From: Psammoneis japonica
Taxonomy: Eukaryota
Direction: 5' to 3'
DNA: 64,000 nt
Assembly (NCBI GenBank): GCA_008632985.1
Contig: QPGO01000090.1
Coordinates: 124,001 to 188,000, forward strand
The notes under the pieces are model-generated. The model did not search any database. It saw only the letters and a program-made list of their open reading frames with translations, and was not told where the DNA came from. A program made the position numbers and the translations under genes. Positions within the stretch are counted from its first letter, which is position 1. Every line of letters begins with the position of its first letter. Shown piece by piece: positions 1-13,300 of this stretch.

Positions 1-2570
1 CTTGTTCTTCCACTCCTCCAGATCTGCGTCCCGGAACTTCTTGCCAAATTTGATTGTGTTGTTCACAGCACACCTTGTCAAGCCAAGTTCTGACCGCATC
101 TTTTCTTTTGACTCTCTGGCAATGTTGCAGACAGTGTCCTTTGATGGTTGTGCAATGTGATTGGCCATGTAAAATGATGCATCTGTCATCTCCACCAAAC
201 TCTCCTTTGCAAACTCAGATGGCATCTTTTTGCCAGCTCTGAACTCATCAAGCAGATTCATTTGTGCCGTGCTGCAACAAGAACCACATGGCTTCCCTTT
301 CACATGGAGACAATTTCCTGCAAAGGTCAAACAAAGAGAAAACGCATTCCAGGTCTGTGTGGGACCTCGCACTGCTGAACTGTGACATCAACAGTTTTTT
401 GAATCGCATTGCATGTTGCGCATGCACATTTCTACGTGATTTTGGCAAAATTTTGCATCATTTTACAGCGCAGTTGTCAGGTGATCCATTCAACAACTTC
501 TAATGTTTTTTCTTCTGTGCCATTCTCGACTGTCTTGTGAATGGCACAGGGCAGGCGCATCATCCAAAACTTTGAGTGCAAACAGGGATGGATGCACTGT
601 TTCATGTCAAAGACAAACAATGTGTCCATTGACCATCAAAACCTGCTGCAAAAGATGTTGGACAACCATCAGATGAGGCAGCGCAATGTCCTTTGCTCCC
701 AAAAAGAAAAAGTTGTGCTTGTGCTTCCTTCCCCTTTTGGCTTTTTCTCCAACATCATTTGGGAAAGGAAGCATGAAATGTTGGTCAAAAGTCAATGAAA
801 CATGGCTCGGCATGTTGGGATGACCCTTGATCCACTCTCAAGATGAGCTTGACTGCCCTTGCTTGCCAGTTGTTTCAAATGACGGACCTGGCACATCTGC
901 CCCAATCCATGTGCGCAGCTGCTGAAATGGGGCAGGAGTTGTGCGTGGCCCACATTGCTTGTGTTCCATGAGGGCACAAAGGTCATCATCAAGGAAGGTG
1001 CAAAGTTGCATTGGATTTGCTTCTTTAGGTGCCACTGGAGCCATTTGATTTTTCAGCAGCAGCGGAGCCAGCTGACAACCTTGGTCGGAGTCACGGAGCA
1101 CAATTTCAGGGAGAGTGACACATTGCAATCATCATCTGCAGTGGAAGACAAAGGCTCTGAATGAGGTTCTTGCAAATGGGACATTGCTGGTGAGTCCAAA
1201 AAATCAATGGCGTTGGTGTCATCATTGCGAGAGCTCCTTTCTTCCGTCAAGCCGCCCATGATCACTCTTCCTTTCAAGTCTGCAAAAAGCAAATGAACCA
1301 CTTTGTTGGTTGTTGACTCACAAAGATCATCACGGGAAAGGAGAGGAGGAGTTGTCACTGTGCACTGCTTGCTTGTGTGCAGCAGCAACAGGATTGATGG
1401 AAAACAACCAAGAGCTCTTTCCGTTGCAATGCTTTTCGAATGTAAAAACTCCCTCCGACATCCAACCTTTAAGATGCAACGAAAAAGGATTTCATTGGTC
1501 AATGAAGATGGAAGATCTTTTGTGAGACATTCAGCAGCTTGTCATGCATGTCACAATGTCAACATTTGAGTCACAAATGAGCTGTGTGATGCCACGTGTG
1601 AGGTTTGAAGCAACTGCATCATTCTCAACAAGGGTTTGTCAGAGGTTCTTGAGCACCTGAGTCAAGGCTGTGTCATCATTCTAGGGAGCTTTGGTTGTCT
1701 TGATGATGCAGATGTTGAGATGACATCATGCCACAAGGTTGGTTTGATGCTGCATCACATTGGCACAATTGTGAAGCCACCCTTTGTTTCCAAAGTGCTG
1801 GCTTCAAGTGATGGCAAAATGTGCCACTGTTTTGTCTTTGGGATGACCCGTGCAGAAGAAGATTGTCGCCATGGACTGTGGCTCTGCACAATTTGGAGTT
1901 TTGAGGGATGGTGAACCATTTGTTGCCAGCAAACTCCAGGTGCATCTCAAGGAGTTGGGAACACATCACATGCTTGTTGGTGGAGAAGCCAGCCCTGGAT
2001 TGTGGGAGGCATTTGCAGAAGCGAAAGTGAGCACCATTGTTGAAGACGTGCTTTCATGGTCGGATGACTTGCAGTTGATCTCAGCCAGTTCTGGAGGTGG
2101 GTGATGATGTGGTCCCCACTGTCAATGACAAATCCACAGCTTCTTTTCAGGAGAGAGCAAAACAGCAAAAAGAAAGATGTCAGCTCCTCGCTTCATGGGA
2201 AGACATCGAGATTTCAGTGTCAATGAGCTGCGCCCACCAGCAACTGACTTCACCCACAATTGTTTCTCCCTCATGCAAAAAGCTGGTGGGCAAGTCCATT
2301 CAGCATGTCTTCTCGTGTCCCAGAAGCCACAAGAACCCACAAAACAAAACATGAGCCGAAAATTGAAAATGTTTGTGATGCTGCAGAAAAAAGAATTGAG
2401 AAACTCACAATCCGAGATTGACTGCACACACAAACATTCCTGTGACCTGTGCATGCAAAAGCTCTGCAGGCAACCCTCAGCGTTGTTTGTAGAGAGCACT
2501 TTCTCACGTAAATAATGTGTTGTGCCGGCAGTCACATCATGGCCACTCCATCCTCCATCACATACGTGCA
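1..2570. other. TpA-depleted, CpG-poor island 1; decayed, probably repeat- or transposon-derived, family not recognised
   Basis: About a dozen TA dinucleotides in 2.57 kb by eye. Overlapping six-frame ORFs are almost Tyr-free and rich in Cys/His. TA-rich sequence resumes at about 2590. Confidence 0.75.
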
Positions 2571-2960
2571 CATGAAAACAAAGACGAAAGAAGTAAAAAA
2601 TGAATAAGGGATGTTGCAGCTTTCTTTATTCAGCATCCTGAATAAACTCAATGATCATTTTTGCGATTTCCAAATTTTATATACTAAAAATTATTACTGT
2701 ATTGCACAAATACATTAACAGGGAACATTTTTCTAAGTTAGTCACTGTATAATTTTTTAATGTTTACCGCTCTCAACCCATGCTTTTGGTCGCCGTTCGC
2801 CGTGTCGCCTCATCGAAAATGGGAATGCGAATGGTTTTTTACCGGTAAGCTACCAAACCAGGTACAAAACACCACTGCAACACTTTTCACTAGTTGAGAT
2901 AAATCACAGAGCGAGAGATTTGACACAGGGTATATAATTCATGAAAGGTCTAAAGAAACC

Positions 2961-5900
2961 ATGAACGACGAGGCTGTATCATCAGATCCTGGGCAATCGC
3001 AAAAGGGGGTCTCTTCTCGTCGGGCGTACAGCGATCATGGGCAAGAATCATCGTGGCAGCAGCAGCAGGAAAGTGTACCAGTCCGTAAAGCGAGCTCTGC
3101 AGTAACCAGTGCTTCCCGATGGAGTGATACGATTCGCAAAGTTCTTCGAGGAAGTGAGGATCAAGCAGACGAGGATGAATTGGAACGCGATGCGGTTGGA
3201 GCTGAGGTGACTCGTCTCATCAATGCGAGTGCTACGTTCAAGAGACCACAACATAACGGTGTTATGGAAGACCGAGATATGACTACTCGATTTAATCCCC
3301 TTCTTAGCAGTCGAAACATCAAACGAGCTTACCGGTGGGTTGTAAGTTTGCGACCCCGTCACGTACTTGAGCTCTTCAGATTCATTCTCAATGCGTGCTA
3401 TACCAGTTGGAAGAATGCGTTTCGGGAACGCACTTCTGTTTTCAAGGCTGTGCGGGTCTTTGTGCTATTATTATTGGGTTCTTTGGTTTTGTTCGTCACA
3501 ATGAGCGTCATGCTCATCAAATGGGCCATTAGGAATGCGATTTTGTACGGAACATGGATGGCTTCGCTTGTGTTTGATTTGGAGGAACTGAAATCGTCTT
3601 GTCCAACTATAGTCAAGAGAGTTTGGGGTTTAGTCATCGGGACTGGGGCGTGGTTTGATGACAATGTGCTATTTAGAAGGAGAATTGCTGGGCGAGAGTG
3701 GAATGATGATGAATTTGTATGGAGAGGCTCGGGGAAAAGCCGCGGAGAAACACTATTGAAATGCCCACCGCCAAGCGTGATGTCGGATTTTCCCCGTAGC
3801 ACGCAACTGTGGAGAAAAAATTGGTCTCCTGATACGATCAATCACATTGTTGCATTGGAGTTCTGTCATGACATTCTGCACAAGGACAAGTTACGGAAGC
3901 AGGCATCACAGCGACGAAAGGCCATGAAACGTGCTTCGTCGGGCCCTGTTGGCGACTCAAAATCGACAAATCGACGTGCCGAGCTAATGATATCCAACAA
4001 GGCCAGATCCGAGCATTCGGTTCAGTTTTCGAGTCCCACTTATCCGGTGCTTTCCCCCATTGAGCAAGGCCAGTTCGACTTTTTGTCGGACGATGAAGCA
4101 AAACGTACTGCGACACTCTCGCCTCCTGAAACCGGCGTGAGCTTGCTAAACTTATCGGATGGCGAGAGCGTGGAATCACTGGTCGGGTCGTCATCCTTTA
4201 GAGATACAGATGGTGAACTGGGAGACGAATCAAGTTTAGATTCCGACGAGCTGCGACACGCCAAGCATAGAAACGCCAATGCCTCTGTTTGCTCGGATAC
4301 AGGACCGGACATGAACTGGCTAGATGTTGGAACTAGCATTGGCTTTCGTCTACTCAACTCGGAGCATGTACAAAAGGCGATTGCTTCACAAGACACTGCC
4401 GAGCGAATTATGGACATGAATAGCAAGCTCGATCCAGACGAAAAGGAGTTGCCAGGTGAATCCTTTCTTGCTTTCAACACGGCAGACCGCGACAAGGCAT
4501 TATCTCCCGATCGAGGGGTTAAATCTACGCCGCAACGACCAGTTCACTCCATGTGGACTTCACCATCAGCAGCTGAAGCCAATGGGGGCGTTTCCGTCTC
4601 GAGCATTTCTGACTTAGACGACTCGTCGCTGGCGAGCGACATACCGTCCCCTCCAGTCCGACGGCGAAAGAGTCTCATACCGGAAATGCGAAAGCATATC
4701 CCACCACGATCCACCATGACGAGTAACGGTGATAGAAACGTCGGAAAAGGAAAACGCCAGTTGGAGGACCACTCCGTCGACGCGATGCCATGGGAGCGAC
4801 GCGACGAGACTGAGATCTACATTGATAATCAAGTGAATTCCATGCAAGATTCGCCTCGCATTTCTGAAGCTGTGGAAACGTCCATTGCAAGGAAGAGACC
4901 AGTAGCTGCACTATCTCCTGATTTGTATGAGTCAAAGGCTTTGACGAACAGAAGAGCGACTTTGGTCCCGGGGATGAAACTCGTCGTACCACTGCTACCT
5001 CTTCAACCCTCCCCATCTTGTGGTGCTCGATCGAGTGCGCCAAAAAGGACCAGACGACTGGAGTCTCAATTTCAAATGGCTACCGTTGTCTCGAGCAAAA
5101 GGATTTACATTCCAGACCCAGCAAGTCCCAGAAAGTTTGGCGATCATCGCCGCTACTCAAACTGTCTTTCCGTGTCTGTGGCTTTGGACCGATCATTCTT
5201 GAGGAATGGTGAATTCGCCCAAATGACGTTTCGAGTTATGGATAAGTGGAGCTCACGTTTCATGCCAAAGCACTCAAAATTTCCTATTGGTACCTGTGTT
5301 GCGACGTCTTTTGGTCTTGGTGTTCTCGTTAGTTGGCGCGTCGAAGACGACTGTCATGTTGTGAGATCCTTGTGGCAGCGCAAAGGACCTGGAAGAGCTT
5401 ATGCGTACCTCAACAGGGATGCAATACATGATGTGGTTGAAGCTAGCGTCGGGTTTGATGTCGAAACAAGACTCGGTAGAGGTACAATCGTCGCATATGT
5501 AAATGGTGGAAGGGCGTTTCGGTCTGGACGATATTTTGTTCATCTTACGGGAGAGGGTAGGCACCAAGGAAACGTATTTGAGTTCAATCGCACAGACATT
5601 TTGAAGTGTGATGGAGCACAGTTCATCCCAATTATCGAGTATATACGCGAGGCAGCTCAGTACCAGATCCAAGTTGACAACTACAATGCTGCTGTCAGGA
5701 GACAGCATATCGAAGTTTCGGTACAGCCATCGAAGGAGGACAGCTTTTGGACTGAGTGGTCACAAACGTTTGAAGTTTTCTGGGAGAGTTTTCTCAAAGC
5801 TGTCGAAGAAGACAGCGAATTCGATGCTGGGATTAGTGAATTTGTCTCATCGCTAATCGATTTCTTGGAACGAATTGATAAGCCACAAAGTTCAAGTCAA

Positions 5901-8588
5901 TCAGATACAGTAAAGCCTCCCGCAACCGATGAATTAGAGCTTCCCGGGGATACCGAGTCATGTGTCGAAGTAACGTCTGTTGAAGCATCTACTTCATCAA
6001 ACGATGATAAGTTAAATGGATTCTGGATATTGGATGGTTTGTTTGGAGGTGTCTTTCAACGACATGCATCAAATGAAGAGAGTAAAGAAAAAGTGGAAAA
6101 TATAATATTTTCGTCGAGGACATCAGACACCGAGGAGACGCTTGAGAGGCAGATCCGCATTGTAAGGTCAGGGCACGATATGAGTGGCAATGATTCTTAT
6201 CGAAGGGTTTATGCTGTACTTCGGGTGTTGCTCCGGACAGTTGCTATCGCTCGTGCTTCGTGTGCAGACAAGCCCAACTTGAGCTTGGCTCTCTCCACTA
6301 TCTACGAGCTTTTGCTGTTCGTCAGAACATTTGTAAAAGTGCATCAAACGAACGTGTCGCAAGAATCAGTTGCTGCTTGGCGGCGAACGCTTGCTGAGAT
6401 AGTCGCTACATTTGGTCCCGCGAAAGAAAGGATGGCGAAAATTGGGCGAGGCATCGCCGAAAGAATCGAACGTCAAGGGAAGAAGGCAAAGATCCGAATA
6501 CTCCGCCTAGTTGATCTCCTCCTTGTCGACGAACAGCTGCTCTCTGCTCTGGAGGAAGGCCACTGGGATGTTTGTTTAGAAAGAATCGAGTGTGATCTGG
6601 TGAAGGCCAAAGTCATTGATTCAGGCAGCCGCGACCACTATCGCAAGTGTCTCATATTTATGTACGATCATTTGGTCCCGGTATCCAGAAACGATAGCGC
6701 AGCTGCACGCAACAACAAGAAGCTTGCCCACTTTGCGAAAGCTCTAAAATGGATGGCATCGCCACGTCGGTCGTTTCTTGGGCTGATCATGTCCGATGAT
6801 GTGCTTGAGATAGTCGAGAGAATGTTTGTTCGGGTCTTCCGTAAGGAAGAGGTTGCGTGTCGAATGTTGAATATCCATGCGTCCAATTTTTACTCTTTTC
6901 GTCACCTTCGCATGTTGAACGATTTCACCATTTCTGGGCGCCTATGGATGCCGCTGCTTGATGCAGCCGATGAAGAGTTTGCATGGGCTGGGTCAAGAAT
7001 GCCAGATAACACGCGGGGCTTTGTTTCTCCTCTTTCGAAACTTTTTTCGTTGGGGGTCACACAATTCCATCGTAAACACGCGGGCGATATGAATCGGGAC
7101 TGGCTTGATTTCCTCATGGAAGACGAGGCTGTTAAGTTGATCCACGAAATCGACACCAAGCTCATTCTGGGGCTTGGGGCGTTTTGTAATGACGTGAAGG
7201 AGGTTATGACGGTACTTCCATATTATCATAACATCGATGAAGATATTCTGAACTTGATCGACGAAGTCAACGTTGATGAGTTTCTGAAAGAGTTGTCGGG
7301 GGCTTTGGGTGACCCTGAAGGTCTTGGTGCGTTTCTCAAAGAGAAAGCAACGATAGGTATCGAGCGCTTCCTTGACTATCTACCAAAAATGTCGATCCCC
7401 GTTGAACGAAGAGAAATCGGAGATGATTGGGTAATAACCTGCCGGAGCGAGAGCGGAGGTGATTTGAAATTGTCGGATGTTACCGTCGAGAGAGAAAACA
7501 TGATTTGTCAGATAGTTGGGAGTGGTAACGTTCTCTTTCCAATGTTTGGTGGTGGTTCAAGTGGTTGTCCTGATCCCATTGCCTCAAGTTCCTCGGTTAG
7601 TGTTGATTCGACTGAAGGGGTGTCTGCCGTTCGAATCGAACAAGAGGAAACCTCGGTGTTGGATGATATCAGGGCATTGCTTCTGAATGCTCAGAATGAT
7701 GGATGTTGGAGGTCTGGGGTAGGCGGCGTTGGCCGGGTGAGTTAATCTGTTCTAGTTGCCATACCTCCACGACCTCTGGTGTCGATTCCGTCTGACGTAA
7801 CTCTCTCTTATTCGATACTTTTTCAGGCACCCTCTGACCCATACGTTCGATCCGTTCTGAAAGGCCTTCCTGTTTCTACCGTTCTTAATTGTGGCTTTGA
7901 ACTATGGCGAAATCTTGAAATCGACGACGACGAGTTGCTCGAAATTGCAATTAGAGACGTTTCATACCAAATTCAGCTGAAGAAAGATCGTGAGTTGGGT
8001 TTGGACTCTGGGTCGTTTTCTACCGTGCGGCCGCAGTCTTCTTCTGACTCTCTGGAGAAAGACAACCTCCTGAAGTTTCCTTTTGGTCGATTCAATCCAA
8101 GGATGGATCCTACTGTGCTGTATCTTGAAATGAACAAACTGACGCTCAATCTCGACAGCTTCATGTTCAGAATCGAGAAAGCGGAGAGAAGAACAATTCT
8201 GGACCCGGTGTTTGATGGGTGCGGGTCACTCTCTATCCATAACGTCTCGATAAAGCTTCGAGTGGAGTGCCGGAAAGATCGCATTCTCAAGCTAGGCACA
8301 TACCTCACAGTTCCCATTCTCGTTTTATCAGAATTGGATGTGCGATTAGCACAAGTGCGTTTCAAGGTCAAGTCGACCGGTGCTGACTGGTTCTTGAACA
8401 AGGTCGTGGACGGCTTTTCTGAAAACATTTCCCGAGTTGTGGAATCGAATTTGAAGGAGCAGGTATCGGAGCAGCTTATCCAAGGCTTGAACCAACTGAA
8501 TGCATACTTTGAGGTCAATCCTGAACTGATCTTGAACATGCTTGGGATCCATCTGGACGACCTGGAAGAGGCTTCTTCGTGGATCTAG
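2961..8588 (+). CDS. Large (~1845 aa) conserved hypothetical protein; N-terminal TM segment, central SH3/KOW-like beta repeats, C-terminal HAM1/DUF4449 (TULIP-like)-looking domain
   Basis: ORF 2961-7736 joins 7827-8588 in frame across an intron at 7737-7826 (GTGAGT...TTTCAG). Domain labels come from motif resemblance only. Confidence 0.75.
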
Positions 8589-9739
8589 GATTGTGACGCA
8601 GATAATACTTGACCGAGTAAGGAAGTCGATCAAGAGTTTATGCTGACGTTCTTTCAAGTTCCAAGGTCAGCATTCTTCCCCCCTCCAGTAGTCAAAGTTG
8701 AGAGAGCAAGAGAGATACCGTACTGCTAGGCCCTACTGTCTATCAGTTGACTTCTACTCTCTACTACGCTGTAAACAAATGCCTTACCCCCCCACAAAAT
8801 CCCCTCGAAACCATTGAGCGCAGATACGTGATGCCTCTCTCTGCGCCTCCTCCTCATCAACCTCGTACCTGACTCCCCAATCAATAAGGCTCTGCAGCTT
8901 ACACAAAATCTCTTTACTACGTTCCTTCGCGATTTCTTCGTTCTGACTCTAAAATAGCGGCAGTTTTGCAGTTGCTGAACACTTGATTGAACTTATCAAA
9001 GATTTCCACATCGTAACCATAAATAACCATCGCTCCTGGTTTGCGTTTCGGCCGAGTAACATCGGATGAAACATAAGCAAGAGTTGGATCCTAACCCAGA
9101 CCCTCGTCCGAACTCATTGTTTGACCATTGAGCACCTGGTGTCATCACTACGCGACCCTAGCTGGCCTAGAAACCAACGCCCATGGTGGCGTGTGTGCCC
9201 CTGGCAAGGCCTGTCTCTCCCACTTGGGCCCTCAAGGCCAAGGTCGTTGACGAGCTGCTCAGCGAGGATGGATTGATTGGTCCGATTCATCAACGACCTC
9301 TTTTCTATTGCGACCATTTAAAATCCCAAGTGTCCTTATCGCCATGCACACGGCATGAGGTACCCCGCCTCGTGATGTGAACGAAGACGATTCTCTTGCA
9401 GGTGAGTGAGAGCATCTATTGTCAGAAATTGTTTCTTTTCTATCGAAGGCACATTTTCCATTACATTGCGAGACCATTTACTTCTAGTATCGCCGATTCG
9501 CCTTGACACATGCATCGAGGTACAGCGCCTCGTGATCACGTGCATTGCGGTGGGTCTTGAAGACCCTCTTGACCATTCTCTCAAGCATGTCATAGTTCAA
9601 TTCAGGTGAGTCTGGGTCATTATGATAAGTGTGGTAGAGGACCATGTACAGTACTTCCGAGCATGGTCGGAAAACGGAAAACTCAAACCATGGCCAACAC
9701 GCCAGAACGTGTAACTATTGTGGCACCGTCTACATCGCT

Positions 9740-10208
9740 CTCTCTTGCTAAATTGGAGAAAAAAGTCCATCAGACTTTACACCAAAGGATCTAAAATAAT
9801 CAACGGCACATTGCGATCTAGACACAACAAAACCAAAGAAACGCTAGAGACAGCGGATTCGCTAAGGAAGGTTTAAAAAAGCTTCCTCGGTATGAGGGAA
9901 CGGTGTATCGAGCTATCGACCTTGAAGATGAGTTGCTTCAGAACTTGAAAGACAAGGAAATGCTTGTGGAAAAAGCATTCTGTAGTATGTCGGAAGTCCC
10001 GCTCGATCAGCAAGATCACAACAAATTCAAACCCAAGAAAGTTTGGATGACGATCGAAAGCAGCACAGGTCGGTAAATTTGGAGGTACGCCAACACAACC
10101 TCCAAGGATCAAAAGGAAGGCTTTGCTCCAAACACAATATTTCAAGTCGTCTCTGTGGATGAGGATGGGGGCAAATACCACGTCAACTTTAGAAAAGTTC
10201 TCATGTAG
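9740..10208 (+). pseudogene. Disrupted mono-ADP-ribosyltransferase domain (R-S-E clade, C3/VIP2/ART-like)
   Basis: Manual translation across two frameshifts: SIRLYTKGSKIINGTLR ... GLKKLPRYEGTVYRAID ... EKAFCSMSE ... MTIESSTGR*IWRY ... DQKEGFAPNTIFQVVSV. In-frame TAA at 10074-10076. Not in the ORF track. Confidence 0.75.
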
Positions 10209-10388
10209 GGAAAGCGGGTCGGTATGAGGAATGGCACGAGTGCCACGCTCCATTGGAAATGCGCTTAGCTGGGGTACACAGCAAAATCTATTTCATCTTC
10301 TGTGCCCTCTCGCTCGATAACGGATCTTCTGAATAGAGTTGTCAAATGAATTATATATCTGATTATTTCTGTTTCCCTTCTTAGACGT

Positions 10389-13300
10389 CTATTCCCGCAT
10401 TGTTTCCATGATGCGATTGAGAAAGCCCCGTTTCTTGCTATCAGATGCCCCGGCAAAACCCTCATCATACATACCGTCACCCTGAAGCAAGCTGTCCATT
10501 ACCTTTGCAAGTTGAGGATTCTCCTCGGCAAGGCCCAAGTCTTGGAATACTTGATATGCCTCGGACCAACATTGCTTTGCGTCTAAATCGCGACCTTCAA
10601 TCTTGTGAATGTTTCCCATCATGAAGAGTACATTCACAAACTCGCCATCCTTTTCGGCTTGATTCTCACGGCGAATACGTACAAATTCTTCCAAATAGCG
10701 TTGTGCGCTATCAAAGTCACCCGATCGAAACTCCATGGTTCCCATGTATTGAAGTACGGCAGCGACCTTTTCGTCGTTTCGACCATGAACCATGGTTCGA
10801 ATCGTAAGCGCCTCCTTGTACGCTTGCATTGCTGCCTCCGTCTCTTCCATGTCACTGCGAACGTTGCCAATTGCAACCAATGCGTCTGCAACCTTCTCAT
10901 GACCGTCGCCCAACTCTGTTCTACGAATACGAAGACATTCTTCATAGCATTCAGCGGCCAAATCATGTTCGCGCTTCTCTCTGTGTACGTTTCCGATATT
11001 CTTGAGAGTCTCGCACACTTTGATGAGATCTTCTTGGAGCTTCCTGATTCTCAAAGCATCCCAAAGCAATGATAGCGCATCATCCATTTCTCCACGCTTT
11101 GCCTGCAGGAAGCCCATCATGTTCAGCGTGTCACCAACCTCCTTGGAGTCTTCGCCAAGTCGTAGTTTCCGAATATTCAAAGCCTCCTCAAAGCATTGCA
11201 AAGCCCGCTCTGGCTCGTCTTGATTGTGAAGCGTGAATCCCATACTATACAAAGTAGCTGCAACGTCCTCGTGGTCCGGTCCCAAGCTCTTGCGACGAAT
11301 ATCAAGCGCCTCAGCATAGTATCTCATCGCCTGATCGTAATCACCCATATCATCTGCCAAGTCGCCCAGCTCATGCAAAACAGCCCCTACCAGCTCATGA
11401 TCTTCGCCATGTACCAGCTTACGAATCCGTAGAGCTTCTTGAAAGGCGGTTTCTGCTTTCTGACTGTGCCCTACGGCCTTGGATAGGGTGCCAATCTTTT
11501 CATGCGTAAGCGCCACCTTCTCGCTGTCTGGCAATCGGAGTTGACGGATTTTAAGCGCTTCTTCCAAACATTTCAACGCCTTTCCAAGTCGATTCCGCAT
11601 CTGGTGAAGGAATGCCATGTTGAACAAAGTACTGGCAACGTCAAGGTGCACCAATCCCAGAATCTTTTGTCGGGCATGAAGACTTTCCTCAAACAGCCGC
11701 ATCGCCTTCTTGTGTTCACCATTCAACAAATAGACGCAACCGATGAGATGAAGGAGAGCAGCAATCTTTTCCTTCCGATGCGGAACTTTCGTGACCAAGA
11801 GCTCAAGGCACTTTTCGTAGCAATGCAAACCCTGCTCTTGTCTTCCGTGCAAGTTGTTCAAGACACCTTCGATAGATAGAATATCCGCATCCTGCTCAAA
11901 ACCTCCCTCGGGGTCTAGCTTTCGCAATCTAATAGCTTCCTCAAAGTGCGCAATAGCTTCTTCTGCATCTCCCTGATCAGACAGACAATTTCCAATGTGC
12001 TGATAGATGGTGGACAGTTCGTAGTGATCACTTCCAAGCTCTACTTTTTTGGATCGAAGAGAATCTTCGTAGGATTTGAGTGCCTCTGGCACATCGCCTT
12101 TACTGTAGTGTATGTTTCCCATGTTTTCAAACACGTCCCCAATGTTGATCCGATGATAATCAGGCTCAATATGCATAACATCTAATGCCCAATTATAACT
12201 GTCCATCGCCTCATTGTAATCACTCATTCCTAAGAAGACGTCGCCAATCTTTTGTATAGTTTGGGCATACAGAATGTGTTTCTCGCCGTGAATGACTCCG
12301 CGAATGCGAAGACTTCGTTTGAGGGAGGACAAGGCCTTCTCGTACTGATTGATTTCCGCGAACGCCATTCCACTATTGACAAGAACAGCCGCAACAAACT
12401 CCACAAAACCCAAGGATGCAATCAACAAGTCTTGACTGGTTTCCCAGTGCAAAATGGCCGAATGCCACGATCGCTTCTCCGCTAGTGAATAGCCAATCGC
12501 GTACTGCGCGCGTCCAGTCTCCAAGTACAAGGCTTGTTCTTCCTCTGCCTCGCACCCGCTGTCTCCAACCGTAAGAAAGTTGCCCAATGTCTTGTACGCT
12601 CGCTCCATGAGCACTCGAGGATGCTTCTTCCTCTTCTTCACCTTTTCTGTCCGATCCTTTAGCAACTCGTAGAGCTCTTCGCAGTCGGTGATGTGTTGCC
12701 TAGTAGCGTGCTCCCTCCCCATTGTGTCGACACGCGCCTTTACGAATTCCTTATCCTGCAATAATTTGGACGCCTCTTCGTACATTTCAGCTCGCAACAT
12801 GTGCGAAACAATCATTTCCACTGCGTAGTCCCTCGATGCATCGAGTGTTTCGATGTCCCAGCTATCCAATGATGTCATGTAGGCGTTGACGAATTCTCGA
12901 TTCCACCGTCGCTCTGCGTCTTCAGTCAAGCCGAGCAACTCGTCTTCTTCAAACGCCAAGTATTCACCATACTCACGCTGCGATTCATGCATGATTTGCA
13001 AGAACAGTGTCTGCGACGAACTATCTGCGGAGCTCTCGTTCGTAGCTTCGTCAAAGCTTTGATCATCGGCAGACGACGCAATCACTTTCATAACCCCCAA
13101 GGCAGACAACGCTTCTGGAATGAGCATTGTAGCCTCCCTTCTTTGTGAGAAGAAAAGGCTTCCTTCCTGAAACAATTTTTCTTCTTCAAGCTCAAGAAGC
13201 GTTTCAAACAAAAGCTCCGCCAATGCCATGGGAATCACAGGCTGAACTTCAATTGGCGAAAATAATGAGTGATGCTGTCGACTGCAAAATACAGTACAAA

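Noticed and set aside
54..2571. Many overlapping 60-150 aa ORFs on both strands (also in 16087-20070, 45500-48050 and 54480-59730)
   Set aside because: A by-product of TA loss, which removes TAA and TAG stops in all six frames. They are Cys/His-rich, nearly Tyr-free and have no independent support.
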